From assembly GCA_965248265.1 (NCBI GenBank), contig CBDFJF010000001.1, positions 1,632,001-1,696,000 of the forward strand: 64,000 nucleotides of DNA, read 5' to 3'. Numbering within the stretch: position 1 is the first letter of the stretch; each line of letters starts with the position of its first letter. The notes below the pieces were generated by a model. The model was not told the DNA's origin. It was given only the letters and a program-made list of their open reading frames with translations, and searched no databases. Made by a program: the position numbers and the translations under genes. The stretch is from Candidatus Latescibacterota bacterium (GTDB lineage Bacteria; Latescibacterota; UBA2968; UBA8231). This document shows positions 19,779 through 29,820 of the stretch, piece by piece.

Positions 19779-20839
19779 ATGTGTCTCCATGCTCGTTCGC
19801 CGAACGCGGCGGAGTCTAAGGAACTGGGACGGTGGCTGAAACGGCCTCGCAACGCCGTGCAGATGCGCCGTGGGCAGTTGATCTCGTTCAGCGCCCAGGG
19901 CATGCGCGTCCAGGAGATCTCGGATACACTGCATCTGCATGAGGAGTACGTTCGCCAGTTGATCCGCCAGTACAACGAAGGGGGATTGACGGTTTTGCGC
20001 ACTCGGGCACGTCCGGGGCGTCCTTCGAAGTTGACGCCGGAGGACGAATCCGTGGTGGTGGAAATTGCCACGATGCCCCCCCGTGCATTCGGCCAGCCGT
20101 TCAACCAGTGGTCGTTGCGCAAGCTGACCGACTGCCTGGTGGGACGGCAGATGATTCCCGAGGTTTCGCATGTGACCATCGGAAAAATCCTGGATCAACA
20201 TAAGGTTACCTATCAACGGACGCGCACCTGGAAAGAATCAAAGGACCCGGAGTTTGTCTCTAAAAAAAACGCATCAACCGACTCTACAAGCGGGCGCCGA
20301 AAGACACGGTCGTAGTCTGTTTCGACGAACTGGGACCAGTCCAGATCAAGCCGCATGCCGGTGCTTCCTGGGCCCCACACAAGCGCCCGGTCCGGCATCG
20401 GGCAACCTATAGCCGCCACGGCGGCGTCAGCTATTTCTTTGGAGCCTATAACGTCCATGAGGACATCCTGTGGATGCATCACAAACCCAAGAAACATGCG
20501 TCGGTCGTACTCGATTTCCTCAAGGCCATTCGGCTCCGCTATCGCACGGCGGAGCGGATCTATGTCGTCATGGATAATCTGTCGACGCACAAGACACCGC
20601 CGATCCTGCAGTGGTGCCGACGAAACCGGGTCTCGCCGGTCTTCACCGCCACCAACGCGTCATGGATGAATCGGCTCGAATGTCACCTCACCGCAGCCCA
20701 TTATTTCGTCATTAAAAACAGCGATCCCAACGATCATCGAGAAGTCGGCCAGCGCATGCAGGAGTACCTGAGGTGGCGAAACAAGAACACGGACAACGCC
20801 AAGCTGGCCAAAGTCCAAAACTCAATGCCCACTCTTTAA
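19779..20839 (+). CDS. IS630 transposase (HTH OrfA + DDE OrfB joined by -1 frameshift)
   Basis: OrfA has RPGRP and WSLRKL. After the A8C run at 20262-20270 the -1 frame gives CFDE...MDNL...WMNRLE. Confidence 0.9.
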
Positions 20840-21652
20840 CAGAGCACTAGGCCACGGCTGTGGCCCAGAATGCGCATCGCCAGGTACCCGACGTAACTGA
20901 TCGTCGATACCAGGACGACCATCGTCCACACCTGCGTGGGATTGAAAAACTCGTACGGCCCCATGCTGCGGTCGGGCAGCAGCGGGAAGATTACGAAAAC
21001 GACCACCAGGAATTTGAGGGTATCGTAGAACTCGGTCTCGCTTACCGACTCCCGGGCGAAATCGTGCAATCCCCGTTTGGCCGCCAGCAGTACGGTCATG
21101 ACGATACCGGTGCTGATGGCCTGCAACTCGAAATCGCGCACCAGGTAACCCAACCAGAATACCAGCAGCGCAGCCAGCTCCGTCGTCATCCCGGCTCCTT
21201 CGCCCCTGTTGTAACCCTGCCACAACAGGGCGGCCAGAGCCGCGAATGTTACGAGCGTCAGGGGCACCTCATCCACCAGAGCGGACACGGCCCCCAGGAC
21301 ACCGAAGATGGCGAACGTCCGCACACCGGCCGACTCCCGCTCCCCGCTACGGCGTCCCTTGTAGCGCTCGATGCCGACGAGCATACCGATAGCCAGGGCC
21401 TCACCAAGCGCCTTGAACACGTCCATGTCGAATGAGTGTGTGTTCAAACTGTAGATACCTTACGTGATCTGCCGAAGGTAGGTCGAGAAATTCGCCCTCG
21501 TCCGCTGTAAGCTACGAACAGCGTCCGACCACTCCAAGTCTGGTGACCGCGTCTGCACGACTCAACTATTGAGTTTATAGACGAGCCGCCGTACGATGAT
21601 GCTTGCATTCACGCAGACGTCACTGCTGACGCACATTCAACCGGAACAAGTC

Positions 21653-22432
21653 ATGCGCATAGGCTGTCAAACCATCACCTTCGGGGAGGACCAGCACCAG
21701 CACTTCGACTCCATCTTCGCCTCCGTCCGCGAGGCCAGTTATGAGGGTGTGGAAATCGACTACCGGCACATCGCGGGCTGCGATCCGGTCCGGCTGCGCG
21801 AGTTGCTCGACCAGCACAACCTCCAGCTTCTCGTGTCACACATCGGCGGCAACCTCGAAGACGCAGACCAGGCAAACAACGAGCGCTCACTGTTGGAGGA
21901 CGTTCTTGATTGCCTCCAGAAACTCGACGTCGGCATTCTTATGTATTCAGGTTTGAGATTCGACACCGAAGATCAGCTCAACAGCGACCTGGCGATGATT
22001 CGCCGCACGGCTCAGCGGGCGACGGAGCAAGGTGTCCGCCTGCTCTACCACAACCACTACTGGGAAATGCGCGACGACGCCCGCATTCTGCGAGCCCTCG
22101 TAGACCAAGGCGGTGACGATCTCGAATTCTGCCCTGACGTCGGCTGGATCTTCAAGGGAGGTGCCGACATCAACCAGGTCCTCGAGCTGCTGCGCGGACG
22201 CATCGGCGTCATCCACTTCAAGGACTTTGCCTTTCCCGGCACCGGCGAGGAGTATGAGCTGTGCGACACTGTCGAGTTCGGCAGGGGCATCGTCCCGCTC
22301 GATGATGCGGCCACCTGGGTGACCGAACACGCGCCGGATGCCTGGGCAGTGGCGGAACAGGATATCAGCGTGCTTGAGCCAGGCACGGCCGTTCGAGAAA
22401 ACGCAGCTTACTTGATCGAGAGCCTGGAATGA
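21653..22432 (+). CDS. sugar phosphate isomerase/epimerase (IolE/AP-endonuclease 2 TIM barrel)
   Basis: YEGVE, YHNHYWE, PDVGW, IHFKD, GRGIV, AEQD. Confidence 0.88.
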   Translation: MRIGCQTITFGEDQHQHFDSIFASVREASYEGVEIDYRHIAGCDPVRLRELLDQHNLQLLVSHIGGNLEDADQANNERSLLEDVLDCLQKLDVGILMYSGLRFDTEDQLNSDLAMIRRTAQRATEQGVRLLYHNHYWEMRDDARILRALVDQGGDDLEFCPDVGWIFKGGADINQVLELLRGRIGVIHFKDFAFPGTGEEYELCDTVEFGRGIVPLDDAATWVTEHAPDAWAVAEQDISVLEPGTAVRENAAYLIESLE

Positions 22433-22474
22433 TAAAGGCGTGCGATACCCTCTATTCCGGAACGATATTGGTAC

Positions 22475-22792
22475 CTAATCCCATTCAAACACGACCTGGC
22501 CAGTCCTACCGGTTTCGAACACTCGAAGGCCTCTACCCCTTGGTCGATAGTGAAGCGGTGGGTGATCAGCTTCTCCAGGGGACATCGTTCTGCACCACGA
22601 AGTCGGACATCTCATCGAACAGACCGATGTTGTAGATCCACGACCCAAACAGCGTCAGCTGTTTCATTATCATGGTGTACTGAGTGTCGACTTGAAACGT
22701 TTCCCCCAAACCAACGATGGCCAGGCGGGCTCAGGTACTGGAAACTCCCTCACTTCGGCCTTGCGATCGCCGAGAAAGACGATGCCTTTCAT
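22475..22792 (-). pseudogene. Zn-dependent alcohol dehydrogenase remnant with large internal deletion
   Basis: N-terminus MKGIVFLGDRKAEVREFPVPEP joined to C-terminus KQLTLFGSW...LEKLITHRFTIDQGVEAF...FETGRTGQVVFEWD*, with frameshifts. Confidence 0.7.
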
Positions 22793-22821
22793 GTCTACCG
22801 ACCTCATTCGCGAGTGCCGGC

Positions 22822-25800
22822 TTACTTCACCAGCGTCATCCTCCCCGTCTGCTGAAAGTCTGGCGTCCTCATTCGATAGAAGTAAACGCCGCTGCTGACG
22901 GCCTGATGCTGCTCGTCCGTTCCATCCCAAGAGACCCCGTAATAACCCGCAGGATGCTGCTCACCAGCGACCAGCGTCCGCACGTGCTGTCCGAGCACGT
23001 CGTAGATCATCAGCTCAACGGTTGCCGTTGCCGGTAACGCGAACCTGATCTGCGTGGACGGGTTGAACGGGTTCGGATAGTTGGCCCCGAGGAAAAACTG
23101 CTGCGGCACCAGCTGCGTCGAGATGACCTGGTGCACCTCACGTACATCACCCTCTGCCCCCGGGCCCTTCACGAATGCCTGGCGCAATTCGAAGTAGGCT
23201 TGATCGACGGTTGCCGCCCCCACGGTCTCGAACATGAACTCGGCAAGCAGGCCATGTCCGGAGACGGCGCCGCCGTCGGTGAGACCGTTGCCGACAAGGA
23301 CCTGGCCCTTGCGCTTGTGCATGATGCGGAACAGGGGTGCGCTGCCACCCTGCGACTCCAGCAGCGAGCCGGCCCCCGGTTGTGCCCTATCGAAGCGGAC
23401 GATCCGCGGGTCGTAGCGGACGACCAGGCCGAAGGCCTGCAGATCCCGCACCTGATCCGCCCATACCCGAACGGTGATGCGGTCATTCTCAGCACCCGTA
23501 ATCATGGGAGCACTGCCTCGCGCCTCCAGCCAGAGTTTGGTGTCGTAATCGAGCTCGTGCACGAAGGCCAGCGCCTTGCCGGAGACGGCTGACTCCCCGA
23601 AGTGATCAATGAAGATGAAGAAGTCGTCGAGGCCGATTCTGCCGTCGTTGTTGAGATCGAAGACGGCATTATCCCCGGAGACCGCATCGCCGAAGACGTC
23701 GATGAAATCGAAGAAGTCGTCGAGGTTGACCCTGAGATCGCCGTTGAAATCGGCGATCAATACCACTGCCTCGGCAGCGAACTCCTGCGGCCCCGTCCAC
23801 GGGCCGATGAGGGCACCTTCCAGTGCTCGCACGCGCCAGTAATAGATATCCCCTTCGATGAGATCCCGCGTGATGGTCCAGGAGGTAACGCCGTTGTCAT
23901 CCTCGGTGATGCCGGATTCCGAAGCCACCACATTCGCGAAATCCTCCCGCGTCGATACCTGCACGGTGTAGGTCAACGAGGCGCCGGCGGCAAAGGGCTC
24001 GGCGTTGGTGAAGCGGAACGTCGGCCGCAGGGCGCCGGCATGGGCCAACTCCGTCGGCGTCGTCGGTGCCGCCGTCGTCGTCGGCGTCACACTGATCGTC
24101 GTCGATGGATCCGAGGCGTTGTTGGAGCGGTCCACGGCGACGATGCGGTACTCATACGCGACGAGGTTGGTGAGGGACAGGTCTATGTAGGTCGGCTCCC
24201 CGAGCCCGGAGGCGATGGCGACGAACGAGCCTACTCCCGCCACGCGGCGCTCTACCCGGTAACCGGCCAGATCGAGCTCGTCGTTGGCGTCCCAGTTGAG
24301 CACGGTCTGCTCCGATCCCGGAAAGGCGCCCAGGCTGGCCGGCACCGCAGGTGGCGTCAGGTCCGGAGTGGCCAACGTCGTGAAGGAGGCTTGCGATGAC
24401 TCGGTCGGCGCGTTGTTGGCACGGTCGATCGAGCCGACCGTGTAGAAGTAGGTCGTTGCCGACTCCAGATTGGTGAGAGTGATCTCATGCCCGGTGACGT
24501 CCTCGACCGCACCGATGGTCGAAGTCAATAGACCCGAAGTCGTGCCGAAGTCTACGAAACTGTCGGCGAGCTCATCCGTGTCCCAGGTCAGGATGGCCGA
24601 ATCCTCATCCACCTCCACTTGAATGTTGGATACAACTGGAGATGAAAGATCGGGCGCCCCGTCTGTCGTAAATTGGAGAATGGATGATTCTGTTGGTCCA
24701 TTGTTGCTCAGATCACTGGAGCGGACCTTGTAGAAATAGGTCGTCGAAGCCTCCAGGTTGGTCAGCGTGATATCGTGTACGGTGTCTGTCTCTGGGAGCG
24801 AACGAATGAATCCCAGCTCGGCATCCGGGCCGAATTCGACCTCGGCCGTGGTCTCCTCGTTCATCGTCCACTTAACCGTTGCCGTCCTTTCATTCTTGTA
24901 GGAGATTCCCGGCGTGCCGACGATGGCAGGTGCTGTCACGTCGATCTCCGGGTTGGTCGTGAACACGGCCTGCGGCGACTCTGTGGCCCCGTTGCCGGAG
25001 GCATCGGTCGAGGCCACGAAATACTGGTACCTCGTCCCCGGTGTCAGATTTGACAGGGTGATTTTCTGCGTCGTCCGGTTTTCTCCAGCGGTTTCGCGCT
25101 CATCGAGCCCCTCGACCCCGAACTCCACCGCAGCGGATGCCGGCTCGTCAGTCGTCCACTCTACGATGGCGGTATCATGGGTCTTCGACGAGATCGCAGG
25201 ACCGCTGACGATTACGGGAAACTGAGTGTCCGGAAAATTCGTCGTCGTGAAACTGCCTCCACCACCGGGGGGCTGCAGCGCCGTCGTCGCCTTCCCGGCA
25301 AAGGCGGTGCGTTCGAAACTCGTCGTCCTGCCGTTGATTGCCTCGACCAGAATGCCGAAGTCGTATTCGGTGCCGGCCGTAAGCGCTTCGATCGTCACCA
25401 CGTGCGTCTGTGCGAGGCGCAAACTGCCGTCCTGGTTATAGCTGGAGTTTCGAAATTCATCGGCAGTGCCGTAGGTACCGCCCTTGGTGCCGAAAAACAC
25501 GGTGGCCCGCGTATCGACATCGGTCCTGAACTCGACAACGGCCCGCACGTCCCTGGTGTCGACGGTTGGCCCCGCGATGATCTCAGGAGGCTGATCGTCA
25601 CCCACGTTAGAGGTCACTACAATGATGTCCCGGCTCCACTGCTCGGTGCCCCGTCGATCCGTCGACACGATGATGTTCCCTATAGTCGCTGTGACGCGAA
25701 TCCGGTAGGAAGTTGACGGAACCAGGTTGCTCAGGGTAATGCTGTGTGCATTCAGGATTTCCGGCGACGTGACGCTGTGCGGATACAGAGTCGCATCACT

Positions 25801-26934
25801 TGCACCATCATCGATCGCGCCCCTGACCGGCCCGTAGTCGATGACGACCCTCGCAATCTGATTCAAACGAACATTGACGATGGCACTGTTGCTGCTGACG
25901 ATGACCCTCAGCTGACCCACAAAGCGAAGAGGTAGCTCGTCTGTACGGGTCTTGAAGCTGCCCGTCTTGACGACAATTGTCTGGTCAACGGTGAGCAGGC
26001 CGTCGTTTATCAGGTCGTCGACCCCGACAAGCTCGGAGGTAATCGTGTAATCATATCTCGTATTCGACTTCAACCCGCGAAAAAGAGCGGCGTGAGTCAG
26101 AGAGCCGACGTCCTGATCATGCGTGACCGGCGGTAGCGGTGACATGCCGACTTCGTTGACCTCAAAGCGGGTGTTTGCGGGTCGATTGGTAATCCAGGTT
26201 GCCGTGACACTGGTCGACGTTCGCTGCACATCGACATCGGTCCCGGTAATGCTTCGCAGATCCGGAGCTGCACGGGTCCTGAACAATCTGGGCTCGATCG
26301 GATTCGGCGTACCCAGCAGGCTCACCGATTTTATCTCAAATTCGTACTGGGTATCCGGCTCCAACCCTGTCACCGTGATGGAGTGCTTGCGCGTACGCAG
26401 TACCCGGTCCAGCTCCACGACTTCATCCACGAATTCATCCGTCAGCCCGATACCTGCAGCAGCCAGCGCATCCGTCACATCCGAACGCTCAACCTCTCGG
26501 GAATCGATACCGTCTTCGATCAGCACACGTACTGCCCTGACGACGTCGACAGTCGTATTCGCTAATGGACTCTCGACAAGCAGCCACAAGCTGGTATTTA
26601 CGACTCTAAAGCACAGCGCATCGTCGATACCAGGGAAACGTGTTTCCCAGGAAATAGTGACTTTGTTGTGACCGGGCGTGATATCAACGTTGAATATCCA
26701 GTTGGTAGAGTCGGGACCATCCATCACCAAAGGCCGGAATGGATTCACACTGACAACATTATCACCACCCTCGCTCGGTCCCCCCGCGAAATAGAGCAGA
26801 GCACCCTGTAGAATGTGGTCGCCCTCGCTCACCCCGGCACCACCGACGGCCTGCAGGTTCTCCACCGCCCCCTGCACTGCTCTGGGGGTAACTGACAGCA
26901 CACACACAGTGCCGACCAGTGCTGCGATCCTCAT
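22822..26934 (-). CDS. large secreted FN3-repeat protein with dockerin-like EF-hands, cohesin-like module and FlgD-Ig C-terminal sorting domain
   Basis: Signal peptide; repeated WxTxE...H.ITLxNL.P.T.Y; DFNGDLRVNLDDF and DLNNDGRIGLDDF; NYPNPFNPST...GVYFY. Start uncertain (26934-27015). Confidence 0.85.
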   Translation of the reverse strand: MRIAALVGTVCVLSVTPRAVQGAVENLQAVGGAGVSEGDHILQGALLYFAGGPSEGGDNVVSVNPFRPLVMDGPDSTNWIFNVDITPGHNKVTISWETRFPGIDDALCFRVVNTSLWLLVESPLANTTVDVVRAVRVLIEDGIDSREVERSDVTDALAAAGIGLTDEFVDEVVELDRVLRTRKHSITVTGLEPDTQYEFEIKSVSLLGTPNPIEPRLFRTRAAPDLRSITGTDVDVQRTSTSVTATWITNRPANTRFEVNEVGMSPLPPVTHDQDVGSLTHAALFRGLKSNTRYDYTITSELVGVDDLINDGLLTVDQTIVVKTGSFKTRTDELPLRFVGQLRVIVSSNSAIVNVRLNQIARVVIDYGPVRGAIDDGASDATLYPHSVTSPEILNAHSITLSNLVPSTSYRIRVTATIGNIIVSTDRRGTEQWSRDIIVVTSNVGDDQPPEIIAGPTVDTRDVRAVVEFRTDVDTRATVFFGTKGGTYGTADEFRNSSYNQDGSLRLAQTHVVTIEALTAGTEYDFGILVEAINGRTTSFERTAFAGKATTALQPPGGGGSFTTTNFPDTQFPVIVSGPAISSKTHDTAIVEWTTDEPASAAVEFGVEGLDERETAGENRTTQKITLSNLTPGTRYQYFVASTDASGNGATESPQAVFTTNPEIDVTAPAIVGTPGISYKNERTATVKWTMNEETTAEVEFGPDAELGFIRSLPETDTVHDITLTNLEASTTYFYKVRSSDLSNNGPTESSILQFTTDGAPDLSSPVVSNIQVEVDEDSAILTWDTDELADSFVDFGTTSGLLTSTIGAVEDVTGHEITLTNLESATTYFYTVGSIDRANNAPTESSQASFTTLATPDLTPPAVPASLGAFPGSEQTVLNWDANDELDLAGYRVERRVAGVGSFVAIASGLGEPTYIDLSLTNLVAYEYRIVAVDRSNNASDPSTTISVTPTTTAAPTTPTELAHAGALRPTFRFTNAEPFAAGASLTYTVQVSTREDFANVVASESGITEDDNGVTSWTITRDLIEGDIYYWRVRALEGALIGPWTGPQEFAAEAVVLIADFNGDLRVNLDDFFDFIDVFGDAVSGDNAVFDLNNDGRIGLDDFFIFIDHFGESAVSGKALAFVHELDYDTKLWLEARGSAPMITGAENDRITVRVWADQVRDLQAFGLVVRYDPRIVRFDRAQPGAGSLLESQGGSAPLFRIMHKRKGQVLVGNGLTDGGAVSGHGLLAEFMFETVGAATVDQAYFELRQAFVKGPGAEGDVREVHQVISTQLVPQQFFLGANYPNPFNPSTQIRFALPATATVELMIYDVLGQHVRTLVAGEQHPAGYYGVSWDGTDEQHQAVSSGVYFYRMRTPDFQQTGRMTLVK

Positions 26935-26977
26935 CCGGTTGCATAACCTGCTCGAAAACCTCAAGTCGCCACTCATT

Positions 26978-27424
26978 CTAATTGCCATTGATTTTAACCT
27001 CCGCGCCGCGGCCATCTAGCCATCCGCCGTTGGTTAGTTGAGCCACTTTCGGTGATCCCTGGATGGATCCCAGAATCTCCATATTGTTGGCAGCAATACT
27101 GGCGACGGGAACATGGAGCTTTTGGCTCAGGTCGTCTATGCGCGCTCTCATCGTCGTGTCTGCCGCTTGTTGTTGCTCTATTTGGGTCTGCTGTCGTTCG
27201 ATGATTTCCTGCTGCTCCCGGAGGGCCGTGGTCAGGACAGGGATGAGATCGGCACAGTAAACGCCGAGCATCTGATCGGGATCATCGCCGATGTAAACCA
27301 CCTCACTCACCACCGATTGCACCTCCTGTGCAATGAAACCAAGCTTCTTGCCGCGCTGGGGTTGCTTCTTCCAGGTGAATGAGACCGGGCGCAGTTCCAT
27401 GATTTGTTCGAGGCCGTGCTCCAC
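26978..27424 (-). CDS. stand-alone peptidase S74 chaperone-domain copy with coiled coil
   Basis: LRPVSFTWK...GFIAQEV...LIPVL. Begins immediately after, and in frame with, the upstream TAG. Confidence 0.6.
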   Translation of the reverse strand: MEHGLEQIMELRPVSFTWKKQPQRGKKLGFIAQEVQSVVSEVVYIGDDPDQMLGVYCADLIPVLTTALREQQEIIERQQTQIEQQQAADTTMRARIDDLSQKLHVPVASIAANNMEILGSIQGSPKVAQLTNGGWLDGRGAEVKINGN

Positions 27425-29365
27425 CTAATCCAGAATGGGCACATTTCCTTCCCCGTTACCCGCGACGTTCATCGCCGTCGATTGCTGCATCGATTGAACC
27501 GCATCCGTGAGCGCAACCATTTGGGCCTTCAGCGTCTCCACCTCCGTCGTTGTTTGATTCAGCCGCACACTCAACTTCGCCTTCCCCGCCCGCTCCGCCT
27601 CGATGATCTGCTGCTGCTCCTGAATGGCCTTGATCAGCACTGGAATCAAGTCAGAGTAATGCACACCCAGCGTCTGATCCTCGTCGTCACCCACCTTAAC
27701 AACCTCATTAATCACCGGTTGGACCTCCTGGGCAATGAGACCCAGCTTGGTGCCGCGCTCGGGGTGGTCCTTCCAGGTGAAGGATACGGGGCGCAATGCC
27801 TTGATTTCGTCGAGACCGTAGGTGATATCCTGGATACTGTCCTTCTTTCGGCGGTCAGAAATTACGTTCAAGGCGTTTAGTGCGGAGATAGTTGCCCAAT
27901 AATAAGAAGCGTCACCTAGGTCGATTAAGCCGGCGCTCGCAGGCAGAGGCGGGACGGCGAACATCACATCAAAATGACCGACAGTCATTGACGTTAACGG
28001 TGATCCACCAAAGTAGGTTACAAAATCGTGGCCCGTTAGAGCACTCGCCGAAAAGGCGTTGTGCGTAGCGAAACAGGTGCTTTGATCGTAGCTCGTTCGA
28101 AGGGCATCAACTCCCGCGGGGGCGTCAGCACCGGAGTCATAAGTCATGACCGTGCCTTCAAAAGTAGCCGCATCGCTGGTGCCGACAACGTGAAGCTTAG
28201 TCGCAGGATTCGTCGTGTTGATGCCCACGTTGCGGCTACTGTAGGCGAAGTGAATGACCGGACTTCCTAAATTGTCAAGTTGAAGGTGGTTGCTGCTGAA
28301 CAGCTTCGTGAGCCCCCATACCGGGGTGGTTCCATCCAAAAATTCTAATCCGACCGGGTCGAAGACGGGGCTGGATGCCAGCTTAAGGACGGTACCCGTT
28401 CCTGTGAGCTCGATCGGATTCCCGCTGGTGACAGTGACTGCACTGCCCGCAGTGTAGGCATCGTTGAGACTCCCCCCGCCTCCACCCCCACCACTGTTGA
28501 TCAGAGCCAGGATAGCGGGATCTAATTCCCGTGTGCCCGTTCCTCCCGCTTCCTGGTTGACGATAGGATTTTCCAGCGAACCACTCATGGTAATGCCGAT
28601 GCCCCCTAATACTTCTCTCACAGCGGCGTCCGTGCCGACGGTGATGGTGTTGGAGGCCGCATCGGTGCTGACGTCGACATTGTTCCCTTGCAACACCGTT
28701 ACGTCATCGGACAGGTTGTTGACAGTGTTGACGACATCATCTGTGCCGATGGTGATGGTGTTATTGGCCGGATCAGTGTCGACGTTGACATTGTTCCCTG
28801 GCACCACCGCTACGTCACCCGGCAGGGCGTTGATGCTTGTAACGCCGGGGTCCACGCCGATGGTGATGGTGTTGTTGGTCAGATCAGTACTGATGTTAAC
28901 GTTCTCCCCCCCCAACACCGTGACACTACCACTCAGGCTGTTGACGTCGGTGACTGCGCCATTTACAAGATTAAAGGCATTGTGGGCCGTAAAACTGAAA
29001 GGCGCAGTGCCCAGTGGTTGGAACGGGAGTAAGGGGGATCCGTCGCCGACCGAAACCCCTATGTACAGAGGACCGTTAAACAGCCCCGGATCCAGCGGGC
29101 CCAAATCCACATTGAAATTCCCGTTTCTCGTCTCCACTTCATACGTGTCCTCCCATAGCGGTAGACCGCATTCAGCTTGATCGCATTCGCTGCATACGGG
29201 CTGCCCGCAAATTTGGAAGGTGAGGGCGTGCGGACCATTAGACACAGGCAATCCCGTCGAATTGTTCAGGTCTCCAACGAAGGGAAGAAAGTTGGGCACC
29301 TGGGCGTCAGTGCTGGAGAAGACGGTTACGAACCAGAATGAGGTGGTCAGCAACAGGCGTTTCAT
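27425..29365 (-). CDS. secreted tail-fibre-like protein with C-terminal peptidase S74 intramolecular chaperone
   Basis: Signal peptide (..TDA-Q), NVGINTTNP repeat, ISDRRKK cleavage motif, GLIAQEV, coiled coil; AGGAG RBS. Confidence 0.88.
   Translation of the reverse strand: MKRLLLTTSFWFVTVFSSTDAQVPNFLPFVGDLNNSTGLPVSNGPHALTFQICGQPVCSECDQAECGLPLWEDTYEVETRNGNFNVDLGPLDPGLFNGPLYIGVSVGDGSPLLPFQPLGTAPFSFTAHNAFNLVNGAVTDVNSLSGSVTVLGGENVNISTDLTNNTITIGVDPGVTSINALPGDVAVVPGNNVNVDTDPANNTITIGTDDVVNTVNNLSDDVTVLQGNNVDVSTDAASNTITVGTDAAVREVLGGIGITMSGSLENPIVNQEAGGTGTRELDPAILALINSGGGGGGGSLNDAYTAGSAVTVTSGNPIELTGTGTVLKLASSPVFDPVGLEFLDGTTPVWGLTKLFSSNHLQLDNLGSPVIHFAYSSRNVGINTTNPATKLHVVGTSDAATFEGTVMTYDSGADAPAGVDALRTSYDQSTCFATHNAFSASALTGHDFVTYFGGSPLTSMTVGHFDVMFAVPPLPASAGLIDLGDASYYWATISALNALNVISDRRKKDSIQDITYGLDEIKALRPVSFTWKDHPERGTKLGLIAQEVQPVINEVVKVGDDEDQTLGVHYSDLIPVLIKAIQEQQQIIEAERAGKAKLSVRLNQTTTEVETLKAQMVALTDAVQSMQQSTAMNVAGNGEGNVPILD
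28630..28960 (-). repeat. three 111-bp (37-aa) tandem repeats in the fibre gene
   Basis: GTGATGGTG anchors at 28641, 28752 and 28863; unit V..VN.L.GDV.V..GNNV.V.TD...NTITIG. Confidence 0.85.
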
Positions 29366-29574
29366 CTAAGCTCTCCTGATTGGGGTTCATGTTTCGATTT
29401 CCATATTATAACTAGCGAAAGGGCTGTTACCGATCATTTTTGTTCGTTTCTTGATGCCGCTGACGTCCACTTCTAACGGATGTTGTTCGTCCTAAGTTCT
29501 TTCTTATCAACCCCCTACACACTGACTGATAACATGAATGACACTGAATCCTGAGAGATCGACTCCGACCTCGG

Positions 29575-29820
29575 CTCGTTCTCCAAAGAGCAAATGGTCG
29601 AGTAACACCGGATTATGGGACGGCGAGCGTTCCCCGACGGGCGTCCGAAGGCCCGATGCCACGATCGAACGGATCGCCTCGGTCTCCGTGGCTCAAACAT
29701 GGAATGTTCTGGAATCGGAAGGCTATGTGAATCATTACGAGGGACACTGGATATGTACCCACCCTGGCCTGACCCTGTGTGGCAGAGCGGTGACCACGAA
29801 CTTCATGCCGCGTCGGCAGA
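29575..29820 (+). pseudogene. RraA/HMG-aldolase-like fragment, multiply frameshifted
   Basis: FSKEQMVE / TGLWDGER / FPDGRPK / PDATIERI...W..L...GY...GRAVTTNFMP spread across frames. Confidence 0.6.

Larger units (their letters stand above)
19692..20847 (+). mobile_element. IS630-family insertion sequence, 1156 bp
   Basis: 12-bp perfect terminal IRs GTGCTCTGTTAA. TA duplicated at 19690-19691 and 20848-20849 within CCTAGG. Confidence 0.95.
19036..21447 (-). pseudogene. MgtC/SapB-DUF4010 membrane protein interrupted by IS630
   Basis: GIERY, AGVRTF, GMTTE, GGLVSTTAVT, NPYSL. Removing the IS and one TA restores ...HSRGLGVSGIVGG..., 417 aa. Confidence 0.9.

Noticed and set aside
27425-27427. In-frame TAG as a pyrrolysine codon or genome-wide recoding
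   Set aside because: No pyl genes are present, and TAG clearly terminates several other genes here (e.g. 4359, 5468, 12038).
27180-27830. Duplicated S74 segments as a DGR template/variable repeat pair
   Set aside because: Mismatches involve all four bases and are largely at third codon positions rather than adenine-specific; there is no reverse transcriptase in the window.
28630-28960. 111-bp periodic repeats as a CRISPR array
   Set aside because: They are degenerate in-frame coding repeats with no unique spacers and no cas genes.
26978-29365. Prophage
   Set aside because: The fibre has a Sec signal peptide, and there are no capsid, terminase, integrase or other phage genes.
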